Assembly: GCF_009914755.1 (NCBI RefSeq)
Contig: NC_060939.1
Reading direction: 5' to 3' (one strand)
Source of the DNA: the human T2T-CHM13v2.0 reference genome, Homo sapiens
DNA length: 64,000 nucleotides
A program made the position numbers and the translations under genes. A model generated the notes under the pieces. It made no database searches. It worked only from the letters and a program-made list of their open reading frames with translations, and was not told the origin of the DNA. Shown piece by piece: positions 15,755 through 29,332 of this stretch (positions within the stretch are counted from its first letter, which is position 1; each line of letters begins with the position of its first letter).

Positions 15755-16686
15755 AATATACTTTACTAAGAAAGAAAAAAACATAGTCTCTAAATATGAT
15801 ATTTTAAGAGTTTATATATTTAAAGCTCAATTTTCTGCTTGCTTACATACATATTTGTGACCATGAGTGTCATTCTTGGCTGAGAAACATTTCAGTAAAT
15901 TTTAAAAAGTCTCACATTATCTATTAATATCTTATTCAGATAAGATCAAATTTCTAACCTACATTTTAGGTTGAGACAGAAACCCAGTCATTTGTTGCAA
16001 TGTGAGAATGACAGAGAGATAGTAACTAGCAGAATCCAACTATAAAACTAAATTTAAGGGCACAATTCTCTACTAATCACTCCCCCAGACAAATCATTAC
16101 TTGGATAGCAATGAATCAACTAAAAATGGAAGTGAGAAAAGTTCGAGTCCTTTTTGCGATGGATGGATGCTTATGAGACTATTAAGTGAAGGGGGTTCGG
16201 AAATAAGGGGATAAATGGCATACTAATTTGAGGTTGAATGGAGTAATGAGATGACCTTGGAAATATAAGAATCCTGCTTAATGGGGCTTGTCTACTTGCA
16301 ATTCGATAAACTAATATACGTAAATTCAAGGAGATAAAGGACATGAGCACTCAGCACAAAATTACAGGAATAGATTTAGCAAAGAGGAACCAAAGTTGAG
16401 ATAAGGGCCACTGTTCCAGGTCTGACATCTTTAATTCTTGAGTCATGGGGATGGTAAACCAGAGAACAGAGTCTTCCGACTGGAAGCTAAAACCAGCCTT
16501 TGGGGTGGGTTCAGAGAGCCTGTTCAGACTCAAGATGCGAAAACAGATGTTGCATGGTCGAAAACATCCCGAGTGCAAGGGCATTTTCAAAGACAGCGGT
16601 GCTCAGGGAAAAAGAATACTGTGTGTTTAAAAAGAAAAAAAATTAAAAGAAAGAATGGAAACAAGGAGGAAAAAGTGACCGGAGTG

Positions 16687-16818
16687 TAGGGTGACCATAC
16701 GTTCTGGTTTGCAAGGTACAGCTAATGTTATGTCTGCTGTCCTGGTACAATTATTATAGTGCCCCCTTTCACTCTCCGAAGTGTCTTGATTTGGATGATA
16801 AAGCATATGATCACCCTA
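16687..16818. mobile_element. MER94-like hAT-Blackjack MITE
   Basis: TIRs TAGGGTGACCATA / TATGATCACCCTA, 132 bp. Confidence 0.8.
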
Positions 16819-16988
16819 TTAAAGAGAGGAAATTAGCCAGAAGACCTTTGTGTCGATTTTAAACGGTGTGGACTGATCCGCAGTCGCGCTCTTGCCGCTG
16901 CCCAGCTGAGCAGCGTGCACCACCTCTGCGTCGCCCTACCCCGCCCTGCCTGGGTCTCCAGGAAGGTTGGAGCGGAACCCGCGCTGCT

Positions 16989-17007
16989 CTGGTGCCACCT
17001 GCAGGTT
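16989..17007 (-). promoter_or_regulatory. Candidate CTCF motif in a small CpG-rich patch
   Basis: Minus strand ACCTGCAGGTGGCACCA resembles consensus CCASYAGRKGGCRS. Confidence 0.45.
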
Positions 17008-18381
17008 ATATGGGGGAACTGCTTCTCTCCACCCCACTACCCACCACCCCACATCCCCACCGCCACCTTGGACAGCCTTGGACTTGGCCAAAAGACATTA
17101 AGAGCACGCGAAGCCCTGGCTGGGGAGTGGGCTGGACCCTGCAGTGAAGCCCGCGTTACAGAATCAGACGGTCCCGGCTTAAGCCAACAAAGCCAAGCTC
17201 CTCTACTTCCTACCCACTCCTGGTCTTTCTCATTTTGTAGACAGGAAACTGAAGCCTAATTCAGATTTTTCATTGGTAGGATTGTGAAGCATACAGCGGG
17301 AGCCTCCCAGGTGCCATTCCCCACATCTCTGTCTTTCCGCTAACACTTTAGGGTAGTGGGGAGCTTAAGCTTACTAAGTTCCTACTGTGTACTGGCCAGA
17401 GTGGGCACTTTTATCTCCAGCCTCGCAATTGATGGGAAATAGGTGATTATACAACTAGGAGACAGGATCAGAGTGGGCTAGCGATGTGCTCACAGTCTCT
17501 CAGCTGAAACTGGAACCCAGGGGTCTTTGATTCTAAAGCTAGTGCTCTTTTTGGGTCTCCAGCTTGAGTAATAGTTGTAAAATACAAAGAGCACCATGAA
17601 AATCTAATATCAATCCATATAAGACTGTATTGCAAACAGAAACATAGAGTGTCTTCGTGGGAGTGATGGGGAGGGGGGAGATTACCTCAATTCTATGTAA
17701 CCTGGAAACTCTCCGAGGAAAATGAATGAAGCATGACCAAGTGCAATTTGTCTGATAAAATCTGTCAGAACTTGGGGCCTTGTGCGTCCTGGGTAGTGAA
17801 GATGAGAAATCATGGTGCTGGACATTTGCTAAGGTGTTCCTTATGAAATCACTCAGGGCCTCAGTGCCTCCACTCTCTCCATGACCCCAGGCAGTTTCCC
17901 CATCTGTCTTCATCCTACTGCCTGGCACACTATCCATCAAACTGTTTTTAGAGTTATGTCTCGATAAAATAAAAATCATGGTGGGAGTCATTTACACCCT
18001 AGTGAGAGTCATCTAAGATTCCCTTATCTTTTCAGACCTTTTAGCTGAAGTTGGTTATGAGAGAGGATGGGGAGGGGGAAAAGGGTTGGGGCAAGCACTT
18101 GGAGCTTGCACTGTTTCTTGCCGGTGCCCTGGCACAGTGTGAATATGTCCATCTAAATGGAGAGCTCTATGCATGTTCCTCTCTACTCCCTTTGTCACTA
18201 ATACCAGTTCCCAAGGCAGAGCCCCAGGAGGGCTGGACTGAAGGACCTGGAGGTAATAGCAAACGCTTGGCTTTGGGTTTCAGGTCAAGCTCTGCCAGTG
18301 ACTTGCTGTGTAAGAGGAGACAAGTCAGTTCACCTCTCTACACTTCAGTGACCTCATCTGTAAAAGACTGGTCTGGACTAG

Positions 18382-18723
<342 letters not shown>

Positions 18724-19044
18724 TAGGTTTTGCAATTGTTTTTTGTTTTAACATTATACTCAATTCTTCCTCCAGCATTATTAAGGTATAATTGATAAAT
18801 AAAAATTGTATATAGTTACAGTATTCAATGTGGTGTTTTGATATATGCATACATTATAAAATTATTAAATCAAGTTAATTAACATTTCCATCACCTCACA
18901 ACTTATTATTATTATTATTATTGTGGTAAGAACATTTAAGATGTATTTGCTTAGAATAGTGTTTACTAGCAGTGAGGAAAGTTAAGCGGGAGAGAGTAGC
19001 CAAAGGCTGGCTAACAGGTTAACAGATACAAGAGTACATGGCTG

Positions 19045-19326
19045 GGCCGGGCGCGGTGGCTCATGCCTGTAATCCCAGCACTTTGGGAGGCCAAGGCGGA
19101 CCACCTGAGGGCAGGAGTTCGAGACCAGCCTGGCCAACACGGTGAAACCCCGTCTCTATGAAAAATACAAAAATTAGCTGGGCATGGTGGCTCATGCCTG
19201 TAATCCCAGGTACTTGAGAGGCTGAGGCATGAAAACAGGAGGCAGAGGTTGCAGTGAGCCAAGATCATGCCACTTCACTCCACCACCCTGGGAGATAGAG
19301 TGAGACTCTGTCAAAAAAAAAAAAAA
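19045..19326 (+). mobile_element. AluS
   Basis: TSD AGTACATGGCTG on both sides. Confidence 0.92.
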
Positions 19327-19332
19327 GTACAT

Positions 19333-19590
19333 GGCTGAGTTTGGTGGCTCATGCCTATCATCCCAGCACTTTGGGAGGCTGAGGTGGGAGGATCACTTGA
19401 ACCCAGGAGTTTGAGAGCAGCCTGGGGAACATAGGGAGATTCCCATCTCTGCAAAAAATTTAAAAATTCGCCATGCACTTTTAGCTACTCCGGAGGGCTA
19501 CAGAGGTCAAGGCTGCAGTGAGCTGTGATTGCACCACTGCACTCCAGCCTAGGGGACAGAGTGAGACCCTGTCCGAAAAAAAAAAAAGAA
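19333..19590 (+). mobile_element. AluJ
   Basis: GAGGTCAAGGCTGCAGTGAGCTGTGATT diagnostic; A tail. Confidence 0.88.
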
Positions 19591-20408
19591 TACAGCTAGA
19601 TAGGAGGAATAGTTCTAGTTTCTTTAGCACTATAGGGTGACTATAATTTATGACAATTTATTATATATTTTCAAATAGCTAGAAGAGTGGATTTTGAATG
19701 GTCCCAGAACAAAGAAATGATAAATATTTGAGGTGGTGGAGACGCTAATACCCTGATTTGATCATTATACATTACATACATATATAAAAATATTATACTG
19801 TACCCCATAAACAAGTACAATTATTATGTATCAAATAAAAATAATAATAAAAGCAAAAAATCTACTCTCTCAGCAATTTTAAAGTATACATTATTATTAA
19901 CTATAGTCATCATGCTGTACAACAGATCTCCAGAATTTATAAGATTCTATTTAATTCCATTCAAAGTACTACATACACAGAGTTAAGAACAAAATGGTAT
20001 CTGGAGCAAGAAATCCTCGGTAAAACAAAAAAAGAAGAAAAAAAGAACAAAATGGTAATAAAAGGCTTATATCAAAAAGCATTTCCTCTGCCCTTTCCTT
20101 TCTTGCATTGAGTCCTAAATCCCAGAGGCCATCACTTTAAACTCATTTTGCTATTTCCTCTGGTATTTATCATCATATTTCTAAATAATGTTTATGTTGC
20201 TATTTCTTGATTTGTTTTCTTCAGTATCTGTCTACCTCCTGGCATAGCTCAGTATAGGGCTTACCTCCCTTATGAGGTCTTAACAATTTCCTTGCTTCCA
20301 ATCTACCAGTCTGATTGGATCATAGTCTTATGAAATCCAAAGCATTTCCATTATTGTAGGTATCTAAATATTGTTCCCTAACCCAACTCCTGCACTGAAA
20401 TTGTCTAA

Positions 20409-20792
<384 letters not shown>

Positions 20793-21895
20793 ACCTACTA
20801 TTTTATTTTCAGATGCTCCAACTGATTTATCAAATGCCTAGTGATAATGATCCAAAAACTAAGAAACACCAGATACTGTATCAGACCTGTTATTTTCCTG
20901 GAGGCTTCCCTTTCTCCCTTGCCCTTCATCCTTCTGCTCCAATCTGGACTCAGCTCTCAGCCCATGGCACATCTGGCATCCTGGCATGTCTCTGCACCAT
21001 CGTGTGAATTTCCTCCTGCCTCTTCTGTTGCATCTCCTGTTCCTTGGCCCCAGATCTTCTTTTTTCCTGGTTTACTCTCTCACTGTGTTGCAGCACATTT
21101 TCCAGTGGCTTCCTGAGAAAGAGTGAATGGAAGCCAAGCTTTCTGACCCTCACACATTTTAGAATGTCATTGTTCTACCCCAACTCCTGATTACTAGTTT
21201 GGCTGGATGTAATGCTCTAATTTAAATGTAACTTCTCCTCACATTGGGAAATATTGCTCTATTATTTTCTAGTTCCCAGTGTTGTTGGGAATAAGTCCGT
21301 GTCATGCGGAGTCTTGCTCTTTACATGTGACCTGTCTTTTCTCTCTGGAAGATTTTAGGGTTTTCTCTCTATCCTTAGTTTTCTGGAATTTCCCAATGCT
21401 GTGCCTTGCTGTAGGTCTTTCTTCATTCACTGTGCTAGTCACCTGGTAGACTCTTTTGAACTAGAAAATTATTTCCTTCTATTGCGGGAAGCCACCAGCA
21501 GGTTCGTGTGAGCTGGTTAATCACATTCTTTTCTTCCAAGGACGGAGGTATCAAGGCCCTGGGAACCTTATAAGTGGATGTGGGGAAAGGGGGCCTGAGG
21601 TGAATCCAACAAAGCTGCAGCACCCACTGAGCTCATGTCCCAGGGCTAGGCTCTGCCTGAGGACAGGAGACATGGGTGAGACCCACTTCCTGCCCAGTCC
21701 CATGGTGGGGCTCAGGACACACATGGTCCAGGAGGCCCCCAGCCCCAGCTACATTGACATGCACCTACCTGTATGCAGCGATCAGTGAGCCACAGGACAA
21801 CTTAGGGGAAGGGGCAGCTCCAGAGTGCAGGATAGGAGGGAAGTAAATAATCATGGGGTGGGGAGTGGCCTTGTGGGGAAGGGGCAAAGGCAGGG

Positions 21896-21896
<1 letters not shown>

Positions 21897-21935
<39 letters not shown>
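21897..21935. repeat. (TG)~19 microsatellite
   Basis: Perfect TG run. Confidence 0.95.
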
Positions 21936-21936
<1 letters not shown>

Positions 21937-22029
21937 GTGTATTGGAGGAAATGGGGAGAGCATCTGTAGTTTTGTCTGCCCCCTTTTTTGGCCACTGCAC
22001 CCCTTTCTTCGTGAATAGTTTTTCTTCTC

Positions 22030-22426
22030 TTCATGGACTGAGTGTCTCTGTCTCCTCCAAATTCATATGTTGAAGCCCTAACCCTCTGTATGGCTGCATT
22101 TGGAGATGAGGCCTCTCAGGAAATCATTAAGGTTAAATGAGGTCCTAAGGGTGGGGCCCTGATTCAGTAGGATTAGTGTCCTTATAAGACGAGACACCAG
22201 AGAGTGCACTCACTCTCTCTCTGCACAAATACAAAGAAGAGGTCACATGAGCACACAATATGGCAGCCACCTATGGGCCAAGAGAAGAGGCCTCAGAATG
22301 AAACCTACCTTGCTGGCACTTTGATCTTGGATTTCCCAGCCTCCAGAACTGTGAGAAATAAATGTCTGTGGTTTAAGCCACCCAGTCTGTGGTATTTTGG
22401 CATGGTACACTGAATTGACTAATACA
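22030..22426. mobile_element. MaLR solo LTR (MSTD/MLT1A-like)
   Basis: aaattcatatgttgaagccctaacc...ccagaactgtgagaaataaatg...gactaataca. Confidence 0.85.
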
Positions 22427-23720
22427 TCTCCCTGCCCTACTTCAACCACATGACACTAGAGGGGTCGGCAGTTTTAGAGTCCCAGCTACTCAGCCAACCC
22501 AGACCAGACCAAGCAGAAACTTTCTTCTGGAATTTTCTGAATAGGAACTAATAGAGGGGAGCCCCATCCTTTCCTGGGGGGCAAAGCCAGTAAGACAGAA
22601 GCCTCATGCTGCCAACAGCCTGACTCTAACCTCGTGGGGAGAGTTGCTCTGAGAGCACAAAACTGATCTGCAGACTGAGGTGGAGACAGAGACAAGGGAA
22701 GGAGCCTGCAAATCCTAACAGCGCTGGTGATTCTGAGTCCAGGTATTCCTGAGGCCCAGCTGTTCCCTGTCCTGCCCATGGCTAACTTACTGACCAATGA
22801 GCTTCCCTTCTTGCCTAAGCCAGTGAATTTTCTGTCACTCACATCCAAAGAGCCCGGACTGTAATGGCAGGGTATGGCAGGGCTGAGCTGGCTGGGGCAG
22901 AGGACGGTGTGGGTGGAATCAGCAGTGACAGGCACACAGGAAGTGCAGGTATCGAGTGGCCTCCATGAGGTCTCCCTCCAGCCCCGACTGTGAGCAAGGC
23001 TGGGCTCATACGCTCAGTAGGTCAGAGTGAGGGATTTGGTCAGAGGTGCCATGCTCAGGGCCATCTTTCTATGGGCCAGACTCTTCGTCATCAAAGGTTT
23101 TGCCATCAGAGACAGTTTTAGTCCTATCTTGGGTTCACTTGATCAATTGCTGTTCTCCTGCTTTCAGGATCTTTACACTAGGCTGCCCTACCTGGGGGTT
23201 AGGAAGCCATAGGCATCCTGGTCATAAGTCTGGACCCCAAAAAGGGCTTCTGCCAGCCTGCTAAGGGTTCCAGAGGGCAGGACTGAGGGGTGGTGGGAGG
23301 AGCCCAGCCTGGACGGCCGAGATATATATAGTGCTCTTGATTCATCTCTTGGAACTTTTCACCCATCAAGTTTAGGCTCCCAGTGGGGCACACATGGGAA
23401 AGACAATGCCCATGTCTTCAACTAGTTTCCCCATCAGAAGTGGTCATTGCACCAAGCACCCTCCTCCATTAAAACCGGACAGGCCAAGGGCCGCTTTCCT
23501 AATGGATGAGTCTTCTTGGTCTGTCTCATGTTCCCAACAGAGCTCCCTCCATGGGATGGGAAGGTGCCATCCCAGGGCCGCCGTTTTGACCCAGCCTCCA
23601 GCCAAAGCTGGTCCCCCTGCCAAGCAGGCCCTAGAGTTACACTGGAGAGTGACAAGCCTCATCTGAAGATTTCTTGCTGAAAATTGTCAGTTTCCTGCAC
23701 AAGTACATCCTGGCAGTTTA

Positions 23721-23848
23721 CACATTTATGCTTAGCGTTCCATTACTGGAACGCTAAGCTTGTGGAGTTATTTATATCCTACTGCTCAGTGTCATCGCCA
23801 AGGTCTGATTTTTCACAGAAAAACATTTGCAACCTCTGACATAATGAG
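23721..23848 (+). mobile_element. MER85 (piggyBac PGBD3-related MITE)
   Basis: CACATTTATG...GTTCCATTACTGGAACGCTAAGC...TTTGCAACCTCTGACATAATGAG, flanked by TTTA / TTAA. Confidence 0.9.
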
Positions 23849-24170
23849 TTAATTCAAATTAAACCCAGAAGGAGACTGCTGCTTCAGTCTCAACTGCTTG
23901 GAAATTGTGCTATGTAGAGCTTTCGTTTACTGAAAATTGTGCCTTCAGACTCTGTGCAGATTAACCTACTACATAGAGCAAGTACACACATAGGGCACCA
24001 ACCAAGGACAAGTGTGTACCTGTGTGCACACACAAATAGAAAATCCAAAAATAAATATTTTAATTTCAGCTATCATGGAAGTTTTGTGTCATTTCTCCAA
24101 AAATGCCCATGTCAAATTTTATTTTATAATTTAGTCTTGTTTTTATTTAGAATTACTTAAGAAAAAGGGG

Positions 24171-24624
<454 letters not shown>

Positions 24625-24743
24625 CTAAACTCAGATTAGGCTGGGATCCTGGGCAGTGTGGCCCCAAATACAGTTATGGGAGGCCCTTCCAAGATAAGTC
24701 TAGACTGAGATAGAGTAGGTCTCAGGAGAGGGGCTGATATGCC

Positions 24744-24924
24744 CATGGTTCTCAACCTGGCTGCACCTGGAGAGCTTGGCATCACCTGGAGAGCTTGAAA
24801 ACATTCTGATGCCCAAGCCCCACCCTAGAGATTCTGAGCTAATTGGTGGGGGATGGCCTGGGCACCAGGAATTTTCACAGCTCACCTGATGATGGCACTG
24901 TGCAGCCAGGGTAGAGAAATACTG
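24744..24924. mobile_element. MER5-type hAT-Charlie MITE
   Basis: catggttctcaacctggctgc...cagccagggtagagaaatactg. Confidence 0.7.
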
Positions 24925-25384
24925 ACCTTTGCTTTCTCCACGTTGTGTCTGCCTTGGTTTTCCCATATTCCCCCAGGCTCCAGGATCTGAATGAACTACA
25001 GGAATTGAGAATTAGCCCTCCCACCCAGCCACTTTCTTCCCCTGCTGGGGAATCTTTGAGCCTTCATTTTGGCTATAGGCCTCGATATAACTCATCGGCC
25101 CAGGGATCGGGGCAGGAGTGGGGCTCCTGGCAGAGAGCAGAGTGTGGGCTTTGTAGTTACACAGACTTGCATTCAAGTCCCAGCTCTGTGATGTCAGAAG
25201 AAGATCTGATCCATAGTTGGTTACCCTGCGAAGTGGAGAAAGTTTCCGCCTAACCGGCAAGATCTCTTTGAGACTGAAATGAGAGAAAGCTGGGGCAACA
25301 AGTGAGTTCCTTCCGCGCCATTTCTGTGAGCTGGCCCTGTAGCTTCTCCTTGGTCCTTTGAGTTCTCAGCTTTAGCTCTCTTAC

Positions 25385-26145
25385 TCCTGCTCCTTCTCCT
25401 CACTCTCTCTCTTTTCCACCCTGGATAAGTGCCCTGCTTCTCCCCACAGGTTAACCACCCTCCCCCGTACCCAGTGGGTGATGAAAGTCTTCCCTGGTTG
25501 TGCCAGCATCTCCCTGATACTTCCTTTCTCTCCTGCATTCAACCATGATGAAGCCCAGCACAGTCTCCCTCTCTTGTGCCCCATTTCCACCACAAGGTCA
25601 CTGTCAGCTCTTACACAGACATCCCCAGTAGCTTCCACTTTGGCCTCTTCCAACCAGCCATTCTGGTATTGCAGCCATATTCATCTTTAAAAGCCCAATA
25701 TTATTAAGTCACTCTCTTGCTAAATTCTGCAATGGCTTTGACTCACCCTTGGCCTGCAGGATCTGGCCCCTGCCTGCCTCTGCAGCCACCTTTTGCTTCA
25801 TTCTTTCTCTCTTACTCCCTCTATCACCTCAGATCCCTGAGGGTTCCCTCCCTCCTACCTCAGGACCTTTGCACATGCTGTTCTCTCTGCCAGAAACACT
25901 TCTCTTTGACAGTGAATGCCTTCTCAAATATCCCTTATTTGGGGTGTTGACTACCCACCCCATCAGATTAGGTCCCTCACTATATGCTCTTATATCTCTT
26001 TATACTTTTTCAATTAAATAAATTTTGATCACGTGATTTATGGCCATCTCCCCTACTAGACTGTAAGCTCCATAACATCAAGGACCAGGCCAGTTTTTGT
26101 TCATCGTTGTAACCCAAATCCTTAGCACTGTGCCTGGCACAAACT
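25385..26145 (+). mobile_element. L2 fragments
   Basis: L2 3' end ctagactgtaagctcc...cttagcactgtgcctggcac. Confidence 0.65.
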
Positions 26146-27007
26146 AGGGGCCATTTGGACCAAGTGTCTAGGTTGTGTAGACTTGCAGCCCCTGTGGAAG
26201 TGTGTGGATAAACATGAGAAACAGGATGACTGCCTCCCCAGCATGGCTTGAGTGTTTCCTGGATGTGTCCAGGCGGGTATCACATGCTGGGTGGCATCAG
26301 AGGAGTGCCCTGTTTTCCTTTTATAAGAGAAGGAAAGGTTAGAGACTATGAACAGTCAGCTGTGGGATCATACAGTGTCTGCCCTGCTCCACTTGGCTCA
26401 AGGCCTCTGGGGAATGGGGATATGGGACAGGGACATGGCGCATGGTGCAAGTGGTTGTGGCAGCGAGCCTTATGGAGGAACAGCAGTGAGTCAGTCCCTT
26501 CTTGGCATGGGACGCTGCCTCTGCAGGCATAGGAGGCCATATTCCCCACTCTCACACCCAGTCAGTTGGGTGCTTCTAACTTGAGCTGTGGCATTTGGCA
26601 TGTAAAAAATGCATTCCTGGTTTTCCAGCTTGGATCTCATGGTAAGCAGGGGTGTGAGGTCTGAGGAGGATGAGTGTTTCAGTGGAGATGTCTGGATAAC
26701 TTTTAGGATAAGTATATCCCAAACATTGCATGGGATATACTCATACAAAAAAACTATTTGCTGTTTATCTGATATTGTAGGTTAACTGCATATCCTATAG
26801 TTTTCTTTGCTCAATCTGGTGCCCCTAAGCTTGGGGCTTCCTCACTTCACCGTGGTGCTGTTGTGCCCGTCCTTCATTATACCACACTAGGCTCTTGGGG
26901 TACACAGAGGAGTGAGACAGGACCCTTCCCTCAGGGAACTCACAGTCTAACATAAGAGATAAGAATTTGAACAGAGATCGCCAAAGCAATGCAAACTCTA
27001 TTTCTGA

Positions 27008-27404
<397 letters not shown>

Positions 27405-28070
27405 ACAAACCTGAATTTTTATAAGAATATATTGTTTTAGCGTGTGATAAAGGTGGCATTAAGACCTCTTGAGCAAAGAAGAATTATTCAATAAGTTTTG
27501 TTAGAGCAATTAATTAACTACCTGGAAAAAAATTAAGTTAGAATCATTACTACTTTAAACCTCATGCCAGAAATGAATTCCAGTTGTTGTAAAGATGTTA
27601 ACAAATAAAACTGTAAACATACTAACTAGGAGAAAACATAAAAAAAGAATATTTACATGATCTTGGGGATTATGAAGGACTTTCTAAGCATGATGCTCAG
27701 TACTGTACAGAAGGTATAAAGAAAAATTGTTCTATTCATTGCAAATTTGTTCTATTCTTGCAAAATTGTTCTATTCATTGCAAATTTGTTTTTCTCAATA
27801 ATTTCTTCTGTCTTTTCATTTGTTTTTCTGGTGTTTTGTAACATACAGAAGTTTTCATTTTTACATAATGAAGTATGTCAGTGTGAGTATTCCAACTACA
27901 TAAAAGTACTCATCAACAAACAGGAAAAAGACAAACACAGTAATAGAAAAAATGAATCAAGGAAATATACCAGCAATTCAGAAAAGAAGAAATACAAATG
28001 TCCAATGAACATATAAAATAATATTCAATTTCACTAGTAATAATAAAAAAGAAAAAGCAAACCCAGCATT
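27405..28070 (+). mobile_element. Old L1M ORF2 3' fragment with internal micro-inversion
   Basis: ctaggagaaaacata...gactttctaagcatga...gaaatacaaatgtccaatgaacatat. Confidence 0.7.
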
Positions 28071-28076
28071 AGTGAA

Positions 28077-28500
28077 TGTATTAGTCCATTCTCATATTGC
28101 TATAAAGAAATATCTGAGAGTGGGGAATTTCTAAAGAAAATAGGTTTAACTGGTTCACGGTTCCATAGGCTGTACAGGAAGCATGATGCTGGCATCTGCT
28201 CAGCTTCTGGGAAGGCCTCAGGAAACATACAATCATGGTGGAAGGCGAAGGGGGAGCGAGGCCTCTCACATGGTGGGAGCAGGAGCAAGAGAGAGTGAGG
28301 GGGCAGGTGCCACACTTTTAAATGACTGGATCTCATGAGAACTCACTTACTATCATGAGAACAGTACCAAGGGATGTGCTAAACCATTTATGGGAAATCT
28401 GCCCGTGTCACGCAATTACTTCCCAGCAGGCCCCATCTCCAAAATTAGGGATTAGAATTCAGCATGAGATTTAGTGGGAACAGAGATCCAAACCATATGA
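28077..28500. mobile_element. MSTB-like solo LTR
   Basis: TGTATTAGTCCATTCTC...AAACCATATGA, TSD GTGAR. Confidence 0.88.
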
Positions 28501-28930
28501 GTGAGGGTCTGGAAAAATGAGCCTTTCATAATTGCTGTCCAAAGGTAAATTGGAGCAATTTTTCTAGATGGCAATTTGTCAATATATATTGAACATCTTA
28601 AATCTGACCGGTAGCTTCTAGTATTTTACTACAAGGAAATAAAGTTGCATATCAGCTATGACTTAACTGGAAATACTGGCTACAATGTAGCTGATTATAT
28701 TTTAAAAGCTGAAAACTATACAGATGTCTGCAAATAAGGTATTAGTTGAATGCATCAAGCACCATTCCCATTGTGAAACCCCATATGCAGGAGATCCCAG
28801 GCTTGAAGCCATAGAGGATTCCTCCCCTTGCTGGGCTTAGGGCCTCCCCCAGTTTCTGATATCCCTCATATTTGTAATAAGGCATAAACAATGTACCTTA
28901 GCTTGAAAACAAAACAAAACAGTACACCTT

Positions 28931-29332
28931 TGCATTAGATCATTCTTGCATTGCTGTAAAGAAATACCTGAGGCTGGGTAATTTACAAAGAAAAGAGGTT
29001 TAATTGGCTCCCGGTTCTGCAGGCTGTACTAGAAGCATGGCACTGGCTTCTGCTTCTGAAGAAGCCTCAGGGAGCTTACAATCATGGCAGAAGGCAAAGG
29101 GGGAGCAGGCATGTCACAGGGAGTGAGTGGGAGCAAGATAGAGGGGATGTGCCACACACTTTTAAACAACCAGGTTTCAGAGAACTCATTCACTCATCAC
29201 CAAGGGGATGGCACTAAGCCACTGATGAGGGATCCAGCCCCATGATCCAAACACCTCCCACCAGCCACACCACCAGCACTGGGGATTACATCTCAACATG
29301 GACTGCTGGGGACACAGATGCAAACCATATCA
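28931..29332. mobile_element. MSTB-like solo LTR
   Basis: TG...CA termini, 5-bp TSD ACCTT. Confidence 0.9.

Larger units (their letters stand above)
18770..19945. mobile_element. Nested L1MA(-) / L1MA(+) 3' ends containing AluJ and AluS
   Basis: L1MA minus piece split at AAGAT|CTACTCTC; plus-strand L1MA 3'UTR ~18955-19860. Confidence 0.7.

Noticed and set aside
27723-27790. Short repeats resembling a CRISPR-like array (also 5041-5225)
   Set aside because: No unique spacers, eukaryotic context; simple tandem slippage
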